A stretch of DNA of 64,000 nt. Origin: a bacterium (lineage in GTDB: Bacteria > Electryoneota > Electryoneia > Electryoneales > Electryoneaceae). Location: NCBI GenBank assembly GCA_963669175.1, contig OY769902.1:3200001-3264000 (forward strand), in the 5' to 3' direction. Below, piece by piece: positions 48,861 through 57,967 of this stretch (the first letter of the stretch is position 1; each line of letters starts with the position of its first letter). Under the pieces are notes generated by a model that ran no database searches, was not told the origin of the DNA, and saw only the letters and a list, made by a program, of their open reading frames with translations. The position numbers were made by a program, and so were the translations under genes.

Positions 48861-50195
48861 ATGTTGAAGAAGTGGATGGTAATTTTGCTGGCCCTTGGCC
48901 TCGTACTCGGGATCGGGCTTGTCGGGTGCAGCGACGATGACGATGACGACGATGATGATGATGTAATCAACCCATCGGATGATACTGTCATCTACACCGG
49001 AACATACGTTGAAGATGTCACCATCGAAGCTGACAAGACAAACATTTTGCGTGGCAACGTCTTCTTTGGAACAGACAATGCTCACATCACTGTTACGATT
49101 GAACCAGGCGCTGTGATTTATGGTGAAAGCAGCTCACTGGGTACGTTCATTGTTGCACGTGGAAGCATGATTGATGCACAGGGAACCGCTGCTGCACCGA
49201 TCGTTTTGACATCGGATAAAGCTGATGGCGACCGTGGTCGTGGCGACTGGGGTGGCTTGATCATCAATGGCAGTGCGACTCTGAATACTGGCGAAGAAGC
49301 CTGGGGCGAAGGGTCCACTGGCTGGTATGGCGGCACCGATGATGCCGACAACAGCGGTATTCTGCAGTATGTCCGCGTTGAATGGGCCGGTCAGGAAATC
49401 AGCCCGGAAAACGAACTGAATGGTATCGCCTTCCAGGGCGTTGGCAGCGGCACAATCGTTGACCATGTACAGGTACACATGAATTCAGATGACGGCATCG
49501 AGTTCTTCGGTGGCACTGTCAACGTGAAGTATGCCTATACCACCGGTATCGGCGATGATAACTTTGACTGGACCGACGGTTGGCGCGGCAAGGGCCAGTT
49601 CTGGGTAGCCCAGCAGTATGATGACGCCGGCGACCAGGGCTTCGAATGTGACAACAGCTCCGAAGACAACTTGGCGACACCGCGTGCCCTGCCGACTATT
49701 TACAACGTGACCCTGGTTGGCCAGCAGAGCGCCGACATCGGTATGCTGCTTCGTGAAGGCACCGGCGCGAACATCTACAATGCCATCGTGATGAACTTCG
49801 GTGATGAAGGTGTCCGTCTCGATCATAACGCGACCTATACCGAGAGCTGGGATGACGGCACAAGCGCTTTGAACGGCACCCTGATCGTTGACAATAGCAT
49901 TTTCTATAACAACGCTGGTGGATTGGCCGCCGATGGTGGCGACGCTGACCCGAACGTGATTCCGTTCACCGCAGCAGACTTCATGACCACACTGAATGTC
50001 AACAACCGTGAAGTTGATCCGTTGTTGAACGATCCGTACAACTTCAGCACCCCGAACTACCTGCCGACCGGCAGCAGCCCGGCTCTTTCCGGTGCCGCGA
50101 CCCCGTCCGACAGTTGGTTCGACAATGCTGATTACGTTGGCGCCTTTGGAAGTGACAACTGGCTGAGCGGCTGGATTCAGACCTCTCAGAACTGA
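48861..50195 (+). CDS. acidic beta-helix-like surface lipoprotein, likely partner of the TonB receptor
   Basis: AGGAGG RBS, lipobox LVGC, ten consecutive Asp, WGGLIING, DNSG.LQYVRVE, NELNG, DDGIEFFGG. Confidence 0.85.
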   Translation: MLKKWMVILLALGLVLGIGLVGCSDDDDDDDDDDVINPSDDTVIYTGTYVEDVTIEADKTNILRGNVFFGTDNAHITVTIEPGAVIYGESSSLGTFIVARGSMIDAQGTAAAPIVLTSDKADGDRGRGDWGGLIINGSATLNTGEEAWGEGSTGWYGGTDDADNSGILQYVRVEWAGQEISPENELNGIAFQGVGSGTIVDHVQVHMNSDDGIEFFGGTVNVKYAYTTGIGDDNFDWTDGWRGKGQFWVAQQYDDAGDQGFECDNSSEDNLATPRALPTIYNVTLVGQQSADIGMLLREGTGANIYNAIVMNFGDEGVRLDHNATYTESWDDGTSALNGTLIVDNSIFYNNAGGLAADGGDADPNVIPFTAADFMTTLNVNNREVDPLLNDPYNFSTPNYLPTGSSPALSGAATPSDSWFDNADYVGAFGSDNWLSGWIQTSQN

Positions 50196-50235
50196 TACGG
50201 GTTCCCATTAGGCCTTTTGGCCTGACATCCCCCAA

Positions 50236-50269
50236 AAGCAGAGGCGGAACTTGTGTTCCGCCTCTGCTT
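50236..50269. terminator. perfect 15-bp hairpin terminator
   Basis: AAGCAGAGGCGGAAC-TTGT-GTTCCGCCTCTGCTT downstream of the lipoprotein gene. Confidence 0.8.
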
Positions 50270-50510
50270 ATCTTCATCGAAAAGTCCAGGAAGGAAGAGA
50301 AGTCTGAATCGAGAGAGAAGTGTGTACCTCTCCATGTAAACCAGGCACAAAAAGGAGCTGAAAGCGTCAAAGATATGACAGATATCACTTTTCTACTCCT
50401 GTTCGCCTTTCTATATTCCGATGCAAGTTGATACTGCAACTGAACTCAAGTTGTAGTCATGCCAAGTGATTGTGGTTACGTCGGCAATATCCATTGATTG
50501 TGGAAGATAG

Positions 50511-52133
50511 ATGGCTCAAGACAGAGCATTACTCCTGTGTGCCGGTCCCATTAACTATTTGAGTCTTCCCATTGGGACAAATGTCTCCAACGCGATGATT
50601 CCTGTTGCGGGGAAACCGGTTATCGGCTGGATTCTGGATGACCTGCTTGAAAAAGGGATTCGAGAAGCAACCGTGGTGTTGCGTGCAGAGGACAAGAGGT
50701 TATCATCATTTCTTCATCGTACCTATGTAAAGCGCATGGATCTTTACATGGCGCCGATGGAAGAATCCAGTGGTATCATTCATTCGCTTCGCGCCGGTCT
50801 GGCAAGACGTCCCTCGAATGGATTGGTTCGGATCATTCTTGGTGATACCCTGATTCCGGAAAGTTATGATGATGAACGTGATTTTGTATACGTCCAGAAA
50901 GTACCCAATTCAAGCCGCTGGTGTGTTGTTGAAGTCAATGATAAAAACCAGATCGTTGAGTATTTCGACAAGAAAGACCTGGATGGTGGAGCTTTCCAGG
51001 CTTTGGTCGGGTACTATCATCTTCACGATCACCAGCTCCTGCAGATTTGTATAGAGCAGGCGCTTGCTGCCGGCGAGAGAGAGCTTTCCGCAGTGCTTCG
51101 CAGGTACTCGCAACAGCGTTCGATTCATGTGCGGACCGTGGATACATGGTTCGATTTCGGCAATATCGACAACCTGGTGGAGGCGCGTACCAAGCTGCTC
51201 CGTCCACGGCATTTTAATACCCTGCAGGTAAACACGCTTCTTCATACCATAGTCAAACTCAGTGATCATTCGAAAAAGCTGACAGATGAGCTGAACTGGT
51301 ATTTACAGTTGCCGGTCGATCTGAAGGTGGTTGCACCACGTATCCTGAAGCATAGCGATGATCCTGAAAAGATGTGGTTCATGCAGGAGTATTATGCCTA
51401 TCCCACGGTTGCCGAATTATACTTGTACAGTGATTTGTCCCGTGGTACCTGGAATTCACTCTTACGTCGGATTCTGCTTCTTCACAAAGAGTTTCTGAAG
51501 TATGAGCAAAAGGGCGAGGCAGACGACCTTCGGTCCATGTATGCAACAAAGACATGGGAAAGACTGGAGCAATTCAAGAAGCAACATCCGGACTGGCAAC
51601 TGGTTGCCAGGGATGTAATCAATGTGAACGGGAAAACGTATAATAACATTAATACATTGGTTGACCGAATCATTGCGAAAGTTGAACAACTGGCCAAGGA
51701 TAGCACCTTTACTGTTATTCATGGCGACTATTGTTTCTCCAATATTCTGCTTGACCTGGGTTCTCAGGTTATCAGGGTGATCGATCCGCGTGGCAGTTTC
51801 GGAAAGAAAGGGATCTATGGCGATCCTCGCTATGATATTGCCAAGCTGCGGCATAGTGTGGTTGGGATGTATGATTATATAACCTCTGATATGTATGACC
51901 TGGTAGAATCCGAAAATGGCTATTTCTACAACATTTACTTCAATGAGAAGCTGGAAGCGTGCAAGGATTCTTTCGATGAGATGGTTGCTGACCTTGGATA
52001 TGATATTGAAGAAATCAAGTTCATTGAAGGCCTGCTTTTCCTTAGCATGACTCCTTTGCACAAGGATTATCCTGAACGACAGAAGATGATGTACATACGA
52101 GGACTACAGTTGTTGAACGAGGTGTTAGGATGA
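50511..52133 (+). CDS. nucleotidyltransferase-like plus phosphotransferase fusion (BcbE/KfoD-like)
   Basis: degenerate NTP-transferase N-domain (MIPVAGKPVI, ILGDT, WFDFG); kinase motifs IHGDYCFSNI, IDPRG, GDPRYDIAKLRHS. Confidence 0.8.
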   Translation: MAQDRALLLCAGPINYLSLPIGTNVSNAMIPVAGKPVIGWILDDLLEKGIREATVVLRAEDKRLSSFLHRTYVKRMDLYMAPMEESSGIIHSLRAGLARRPSNGLVRIILGDTLIPESYDDERDFVYVQKVPNSSRWCVVEVNDKNQIVEYFDKKDLDGGAFQALVGYYHLHDHQLLQICIEQALAAGERELSAVLRRYSQQRSIHVRTVDTWFDFGNIDNLVEARTKLLRPRHFNTLQVNTLLHTIVKLSDHSKKLTDELNWYLQLPVDLKVVAPRILKHSDDPEKMWFMQEYYAYPTVAELYLYSDLSRGTWNSLLRRILLLHKEFLKYEQKGEADDLRSMYATKTWERLEQFKKQHPDWQLVARDVINVNGKTYNNINTLVDRIIAKVEQLAKDSTFTVIHGDYCFSNILLDLGSQVIRVIDPRGSFGKKGIYGDPRYDIAKLRHSVVGMYDYITSDMYDLVESENGYFYNIYFNEKLEACKDSFDEMVADLGYDIEEIKFIEGLLFLSMTPLHKDYPERQKMMYIRGLQLLNEVLG

Positions 52134-52492
52134 GGATCGTCATTGATCTCGATGGAGTTTTGTGCCCTATCAAACAACCTGGCCAGGAGTACGAGGATCT
52201 TGAACCTCTTCCCGGCGCTGTAGAAGGGCTGAGGAAGCTGCATCAGGATGGCAACTATATTATAATACAAACTGCGCGTCACATGGCAACTTGTGACAGC
52301 AATGTTGGCAAAGTGATGAAAAAACTGGGGATGAAAACCCTGCAATGGCTGGATGATCATGGTTTCGAGTATGATGAGATCTACTTCGGAAAACCCAACG
52401 CGGACATTTATATAGATGACCGTGGAGTTCGATTTACAGAGTGGGATGTTTTGTTGGAGATGAATCTTGAGGAGGTAGCAAAACCTCGATGA
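52130..52492 (+). CDS. small HAD phosphatase (EcbF/BcbF-like)
   Basis: IDLDGVL, QTARHM, YDEIYFGKP, YIDDR; 120 aa, capless. Confidence 0.85.
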   Translation: MRIVIDLDGVLCPIKQPGQEYEDLEPLPGAVEGLRKLHQDGNYIIIQTARHMATCDSNVGKVMKKLGMKTLQWLDDHGFEYDEIYFGKPNADIYIDDRGVRFTEWDVLLEMNLEEVAKPR

Positions 52493-53211
52493 TCACGATA
52501 GTCCCAATGGCCGGACGCGGCTCCCGTTTCAGCGATAAGGGCATCGATATTCCCAAACCGTTAATCAGCGTTTCGGGAAAACCCATGCTGCAATGGGCGC
52601 TGAAGAGCATTGAAAATGTACCGCACAGAATGATTGTTTTTGTGGCTTTACGTGAGCATGAAGAAGCCTTTGGCATCAGTAAACTCCTTCCCGGGATTAC
52701 CGATACACCCCACGCACTGGTTCTACTGGATGAAGTAACCGAGGGACAGCTCTGTACTGTTCTAACCGCGCGGGAGTATATGGTGCCGGGGGAGGGTATC
52801 CTGGTCTCGAACTGTGACACTTATACAGTTTCATCCATCGGGCAGGATATAAAACAGGCAGCTGGAGATGTACGTGGTTTGATCAGCGTGGCGGATCTGC
52901 CCGGAGATCGTTGGAGTTTTGCGAAGGCTGATGTAGCGGGGAGAGTCATTCAGGTAGCTGAGAAAGACCGGATTGCCGACCACGCCAGCACGGGATTGTA
53001 TTACTTTTCGGAGACAGACGAGTTTTTAGCTTACGCTGACAGAATGATTCGACTTCAGCAAAGAACCAAGGGTGAGTACTATGTAATGCCGCTTTATTCT
53101 TTTTACCTTGAAGATGGTAAAGAGATACGTTTGAGTCATGCTGAAAAGATGTGGGATTTCGGCACACCGGAAGCACTGGCGGAATTCCTTGCATCACAAC
53201 CTTCAGCATAG
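52489..53211 (+). CDS. sugar nucleotidyltransferase-like protein (BcbG/KfoE-like)
   Basis: VPMAGRGSRF...PKPLI, TEGQLCT, NCD, EK.RI, GEYYV, FGTPE. Confidence 0.82.
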   Translation: MITIVPMAGRGSRFSDKGIDIPKPLISVSGKPMLQWALKSIENVPHRMIVFVALREHEEAFGISKLLPGITDTPHALVLLDEVTEGQLCTVLTAREYMVPGEGILVSNCDTYTVSSIGQDIKQAAGDVRGLISVADLPGDRWSFAKADVAGRVIQVAEKDRIADHASTGLYYFSETDEFLAYADRMIRLQQRTKGEYYVMPLYSFYLEDGKEIRLSHAEKMWDFGTPEALAEFLASQPSA

Positions 53212-53250
53212 CTGCATTTACACTTTTCAAACAACAGGTAGAGCAGAAGC

Positions 53251-54342
53251 ATGATAAAGTTTTCCATTTGCATACCGAACTTCAATTACGGCGATTACAT
53301 AGAGATGTCCATTCGTAGTGCATTGGATCAGACATATCCTCCGCACGAGGTGATTGTTGTCGATAATGCATCCACGGACAATTCATGGGAAGTTATCAAC
53401 TCTATAAAGTCGGACAGGTTGAAGGTCTTTCGTAACAACCTGAATGTCGGCTTTGCACCCAACCTGCAAAAGGCATCTGAGAAAGCCACGGGTGATTATA
53501 TTATTCTTCTTTCTTCCGACGATCTCATGCTGCCACATGCGTTGGAAGCATATGCGAAAGTACTGGAAGAGCAGGGCGATGAGAAGTTTAATACAGTAGT
53601 CTATGGCACAAATAATCTAATTGATAAAGAAGAGAATTGGATTGGCGTTGTCTACAAGAAGAAGTATGATTTAATCCTTTCCAACCTGAAATTGAAAGAA
53701 TACAGGTCATATTACCAAAAAGGTCTTGTTGAAGAGCTTTCAGCTAACGAGATTCTTAAAAAATCGCTCGAACTCCTGAAAAACCCATTCCCATTCCAGA
53801 CCACCTGTTACCCCAGGAAACTCTGGGAAAAGGTGGAAGGCTATGCAACGGGATACTACTTCTTCCCGGACTATGCTTTCGTCTTGAAGCTACTAGCCGC
53901 TAACCCCAGGATTAAATACTGTCATGACAGCCATTTTGCCTATCGTAAGCATGGAGGTGGACAGGAAGCGCAGAATAAATCATTCAAAGCCCTGAAGCAG
54001 CAGGTTGATGGGTATCTCCTGACATTGAATCTTCCAGAGGATGTGTTAAAGCAGGCGGGGGTAACACGAGAAACGATTATCAAACGATTCTTTTACCGCG
54101 ATATCGCTTTCAATGGCGCGTTGGAAATCGCAAACAATTCATGGATGCGGGCGTTTCGAATTTTCCTCTTCGGTTGGGCTACCTATCCAAAGTTTGCGCT
54201 GAAATACCCGAACATGTACCTCCTTGGGATTTTGCTGGCATTGGGACCGGTAGGAAAGTCGCTGGTCAGGTTCGCCCAGAGATACAAGTATCATATGCGG
54301 AAGGTAAACCTTCGCAAGTTCAAATCAGGAAAGCGCGGTTGA
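53251..54342 (+). CDS. GT2 glycosyltransferase
   Basis: ICIPNFN, VVDNASTD, LSSDD; Lys-rich; 3' end overlaps the convergent HDOD gene by 18 bp. Confidence 0.86.
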   Translation: MIKFSICIPNFNYGDYIEMSIRSALDQTYPPHEVIVVDNASTDNSWEVINSIKSDRLKVFRNNLNVGFAPNLQKASEKATGDYIILLSSDDLMLPHALEAYAKVLEEQGDEKFNTVVYGTNNLIDKEENWIGVVYKKKYDLILSNLKLKEYRSYYQKGLVEELSANEILKKSLELLKNPFPFQTTCYPRKLWEKVEGYATGYYFFPDYAFVLKLLAANPRIKYCHDSHFAYRKHGGGQEAQNKSFKALKQQVDGYLLTLNLPEDVLKQAGVTRETIIKRFFYRDIAFNGALEIANNSWMRAFRIFLFGWATYPKFALKYPNMYLLGILLALGPVGKSLVRFAQRYKYHMRKVNLRKFKSGKRG

Positions 54343-55215
54343 GAGGAAATCACGCGCGTTTTCGATTTCGGACTCAATATCTTCAGCGAACTTGCTCATG
54401 TCCATGGTGCTGAGTGATGGTTTCTTCATTGACAGGATTTGCCAGGCTTCTGTTTCCGTAATCTGTTCATGAACGACATCGCCGCCAAAGCCAACACCGG
54501 CAGCTTTGCAAAGGTTATCGGCAAGTGTAACCAATGCAACATCCACTATGTAGTTGGCAGGCGCTGCTGATACATTATGGTGAAATTCGATCGTTGCGCT
54601 TAGAGAGTCCGGCAATCCCCAATTCTTCACCAGTTCCGACCCAACTTCCGTGTGATCAATACCGAGCAACTGCATCTCGATTTCGTGAGTGTGTTTGCCA
54701 ACCTTTGCAGCAACATTGAGGCATTCCACATAATCATCCAGGGTGGACTGGAACATGACAATTTTGCCGATGTCATGTAGCAGACCCGCGGTGAAGACGC
54801 TGCTTTCTTCACGAAAACCCAATCTGCGCGCGAGAAGCTTGGCAATTTCACCTACTCCTGCGCTGTGCAGCCAGAATTGCTGGTAATCAAAATTTGCTGA
54901 AAGACTGCTCGAAGGAAAAGCATTAAATACTGAAATCGCTGTCACAAGGCTGTTTATTTCACGCATTCCCAGGATCACGAGCGCCATATTCAGGGATTCA
55001 ATCCGCCTGCGCATTCCGTAGAAAGCGGAATTCGCAACCTTGAGGATCTTCGATGTCAGCGAAGCATCATTCCGAATGATGCCAACAACATCTGCAACAT
55101 TGCTGCCTGGATCGTTTACGAGTTGTGAGACGCGCAACGCAATGTCCGGCAATGTGGGTAAATCTTCTGCTTCCTGAAGACGCTGCCGGATTTTGTCGGC
55201 TTGCGTTTGTGACAT
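54325..55215 (-). CDS. HDOD domain protein
   Basis: LPTLP, ILKVANSAFYG, FWLHS, AGLLHDIGK, DHTEVG...WGLP...I.FHH. Confidence 0.93.
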   Translation of the reverse strand: MSQTQADKIRQRLQEAEDLPTLPDIALRVSQLVNDPGSNVADVVGIIRNDASLTSKILKVANSAFYGMRRRIESLNMALVILGMREINSLVTAISVFNAFPSSSLSANFDYQQFWLHSAGVGEIAKLLARRLGFREESSVFTAGLLHDIGKIVMFQSTLDDYVECLNVAAKVGKHTHEIEMQLLGIDHTEVGSELVKNWGLPDSLSATIEFHHNVSAAPANYIVDVALVTLADNLCKAAGVGFGGDVVHEQITETEAWQILSMKKPSLSTMDMSKFAEDIESEIENARDFLSTALS

Positions 55216-55323
55216 CTTCCGCCTCCCCCGGTGAGGTTGCCGAATTTCTTTTACGGCATCGCTACTTAAAGGTAAGTTGTAATTGGCAATTCAGAAAGCT
55301 CATTTGCTTCCACTCCTAAAAAA

Positions 55324-56697
55324 TCAGTTCCCTTTGGGAATGTCTTCTCCCTGTTCACGGTATTCGTTCAGTTTATTCCTGAGTGTACGAATGGAGATCC
55401 CCAGCCGCTTCGCAGCCTTTGTCCGGTTAAAGTCAAGCTCATTCAGTGTTTTCATGATATGCTGTTTTTCAACTTCATGCAGAGGCAACTGTCCGAAACC
55501 GGCATGCTGACTGGTCGCATGAAGGTCGCGTGGCTCCAATTGAACATCCTCTTTATGAACCCAGAGATCCTTGGCAAGGACAACAGCACGTTCAACACGG
55601 TTTTCCAACTCGCGTACGTTCCCCGGCCAGGGTTGCGCCTTCATGTAATCGATGGCTTCATCATCTACGCCTTCAAATTCTCTGCCATAACGAGCGCCAT
55701 ACTTGTAAATGAAATGCTCAACCAATGCCGGCACATCATCCGGGCGTTCGGCTAGTGGGGGCAGATGAATCGGAACAACATTTAAACGGAAGTATAAGTC
55801 TTCACGGAAGTTGCCCTCCTTTACTTCTTCAGCCAGGTTGCGGTTGGTGGTCGCAATAACACGCACATCAACCCGGATAGTATCATTTGATCCGACACGT
55901 TCAAACTCACGTTCCTGCAGGACACGGAGTAACTTCGCCTGGAGTGGCAGCGGCATTTCGCTGATTTCATCCAGCAGAATGGTGCCGCCATCAGCCGCCT
56001 CAAATTTCCCTTTTCGTGTTTTTATCGCCCCGGTAAAAGCGCCTTTTTCATGGCCGAAAAGCTCGCTTTCAACAAGGCCTTCAGGTAGAGCTGCGCAGTT
56101 CATTTTAATGAATGGTTTGTTCTTCCTTGGGCTGGACCAGTGAAGCGCCCTGGCAACCAGTTCTTTACCGGTTCCCGACCCACCACTGACGAGAACGTCA
56201 ACCGGTTGCGCCGCAACAACATTGAGAGTATCCAATATTCGGTGAAGCGATCTGCTTTCACCGACAATTGCCTTTAATCCCTGTTCCTGGTCAACCTGGG
56301 TTCGAAGGATTTTGTTCTCGTTGATCAGGTTGGTGCGTTCAATTGCACGAGCTGCTGTAAGTTTAAGTAATTTATTGTCAACAGGTTTTGTCAGGTAATA
56401 ATAAGCGCCTTTCTGCATGGCCTCAACTGCATTGGCAATGGTGCCGAAGGCTGTGAGCAGAATAAATGGCGTTTCCGGGCACTTCTTTTGAACATGATCA
56501 AGGATTTCCATTCCTGATAGATCAGGCAGTTTGAGGTCACTGAGGATCAGATCAAATCGTTCGTTGTTCAAAAACTCAATGGCTTTGGCGCCGTTTGATG
56601 CCTGCCTGGTTGTGTAGCCCATGCGTTGCATGGCAAGAGACAGGTAATCAAGCACCAGCGCTTCATCATCAACAACGAGGACGTTTACTTTACTCAT
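55324..56697 (-). CDS. sigma-54-dependent response regulator (FleR/FlrC/AtoC-like)
   Basis: receiver domain, SGTGKE Walker A, ESELFGHEKGAFTGA, WPGNVREL, C-terminal LGISIRTLRNKLNEY HTH. Confidence 0.93.
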   Translation of the reverse strand: MSKVNVLVVDDEALVLDYLSLAMQRMGYTTRQASNGAKAIEFLNNERFDLILSDLKLPDLSGMEILDHVQKKCPETPFILLTAFGTIANAVEAMQKGAYYYLTKPVDNKLLKLTAARAIERTNLINENKILRTQVDQEQGLKAIVGESRSLHRILDTLNVVAAQPVDVLVSGGSGTGKELVARALHWSSPRKNKPFIKMNCAALPEGLVESELFGHEKGAFTGAIKTRKGKFEAADGGTILLDEISEMPLPLQAKLLRVLQEREFERVGSNDTIRVDVRVIATTNRNLAEEVKEGNFREDLYFRLNVVPIHLPPLAERPDDVPALVEHFIYKYGARYGREFEGVDDEAIDYMKAQPWPGNVRELENRVERAVVLAKDLWVHKEDVQLEPRDLHATSQHAGFGQLPLHEVEKQHIMKTLNELDFNRTKAAKRLGISIRTLRNKLNEYREQGEDIPKGN

Positions 56698-57923
56698 GCT
56701 ATTCTCGCAATAGGAAGTATCAGTTCAAATGTGCTGCCCTTTCCCGGGATGGAATCAACCAGTATTTCTCCCTGGTGGGCATCAATGATCTTTTTAACCA
56801 TGGACAGACCCAGGCCTGTTCCAGTGGTTCGGGTCGTAAAAAATGGGTAGAATATCTTTCCCAGGTTCTCTGGCTTAATTCCTTTTCCTGTATCTTTCAC
56901 CCGGCAACGAACCCTGTTTTTCAGCAAATTCCAGTGCAGTTCAACAGTTATCGTTCCGGGATCATCAATAGCATGCATGGCATTCTTCAGCAGGTTTAAT
57001 ACTGCCTGTTTGAGAAGATGTGTATCACAGGATACAGGAATATTTTCTTCCGGGAACTTCCGGATAACCGTGATGTCACGTTTGCTTGCGTCTATTTCCG
57101 ACTGGATGAGATCGAGTTCCATGTTGATAATGTTAAGAATATCCGTCTTGTCCATCTCCGGCGAAATTGGCGAGGTGAATTCAAGTAGTGTTCTTGCGAT
57201 ACGATCAATATCCTGAACCCCGATGATAATTTTTTCAATTGTTACACGGTTTGGATCATCTTCACCAATATCTTCCAGCAGGAATTGTGCAAATCCCTGG
57301 ACACCAGCCAGCGGATTTCTGAGTTCATGAGCCACCTGTGCCGCCATTTCTCCAAGCGATGCAAGATTGGCATTTTGTTCCATCTTCTTCTGAACCTTGC
57401 GCAGGTCGCGAAGATCCTCGAAGACTTCCATAACTGCGATACGGTCGCCATTCTCTTCAAACACCCATGATGTCGAGAATCGAACAGGATACGAGGTATC
57501 GTTTGCCAGTATCAGTTCTTTCTCATGCTGCTCGATAATAGACCCATTTTCAAGAGTAAACAGGGCTGACATGGGTTCAGTCACGGCAATGGGAAAGACT
57601 TCCTGGTATTGTTTGCCAATGACATCAATAGATGATAATCCCGTGATATTTTCAGCATAAGTGTTAAAAAGTGAAATGATGCCGTCCAGGTTGATTACAA
57701 TAATCCCGACCGGCGCTTGCGCCAGGATGGAGGAGAGGAAACTTTCTGTTCGCTGCAACAGGCGTGCCTGATCATCGAGTTGACTCGTAAGGTTACCTAT
57801 TCGTTGTTCGAGCACCCTGTAAGACTCGACAAACGAATGAGAAGCTTGCGAGAATCCCTCGAAAACCTGAACCAGTTCGAACAACTGTTTGTCGTTCAAA
57901 TTCAGTTCACCAGATCGCTGCAA
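56694..57923 (-). CDS. soluble PAS histidine kinase (FleS/FlrB-like)
   Basis: no TM; N-terminal coiled coil F..FSQAS.....SY..LE.RI..L; PAS; AHELRNPL; PFFTTR..GTGLGL. Confidence 0.9.
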   Translation of the reverse strand: MQRSGELNLNDKQLFELVQVFEGFSQASHSFVESYRVLEQRIGNLTSQLDDQARLLQRTESFLSSILAQAPVGIIVINLDGIISLFNTYAENITGLSSIDVIGKQYQEVFPIAVTEPMSALFTLENGSIIEQHEKELILANDTSYPVRFSTSWVFEENGDRIAVMEVFEDLRDLRKVQKKMEQNANLASLGEMAAQVAHELRNPLAGVQGFAQFLLEDIGEDDPNRVTIEKIIIGVQDIDRIARTLLEFTSPISPEMDKTDILNIINMELDLIQSEIDASKRDITVIRKFPEENIPVSCDTHLLKQAVLNLLKNAMHAIDDPGTITVELHWNLLKNRVRCRVKDTGKGIKPENLGKIFYPFFTTRTTGTGLGLSMVKKIIDAHQGEILVDSIPGKGSTFELILPIARIA

Positions 57924-57945
57924 TGACGCCTCATAACAATAAAAG

Positions 57946-57963
57946 TTGCGTGTGTTTTGCCAA
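57946..57963 (-). promoter_or_regulatory. candidate sigma-54 promoter for the kinase/regulator pair
   Basis: minus strand TTGGCAAAACACACGCAA (GG-N10-GC) just upstream of a GAGG RBS and the TTG start. Confidence 0.5.
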
Positions 57964-57967
57964 TTAC

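Noticed and set aside
48933-48962. Poly-Asp codon run as a phase-variable repeat
   Set aside because: Mixed GAC/GAT codons in frame; an ordinary acidic lipoprotein tether.
41757-54342. Genomic island integrated at selC
   Set aside because: No integrase, and no duplicated tRNA 3' end was noticed downstream.
55245-55285. Sigma-28 promoter before the HDOD gene
   Set aside because: GCCGTAAA resembles the -10 element but there is no TAAA at the right spacing.
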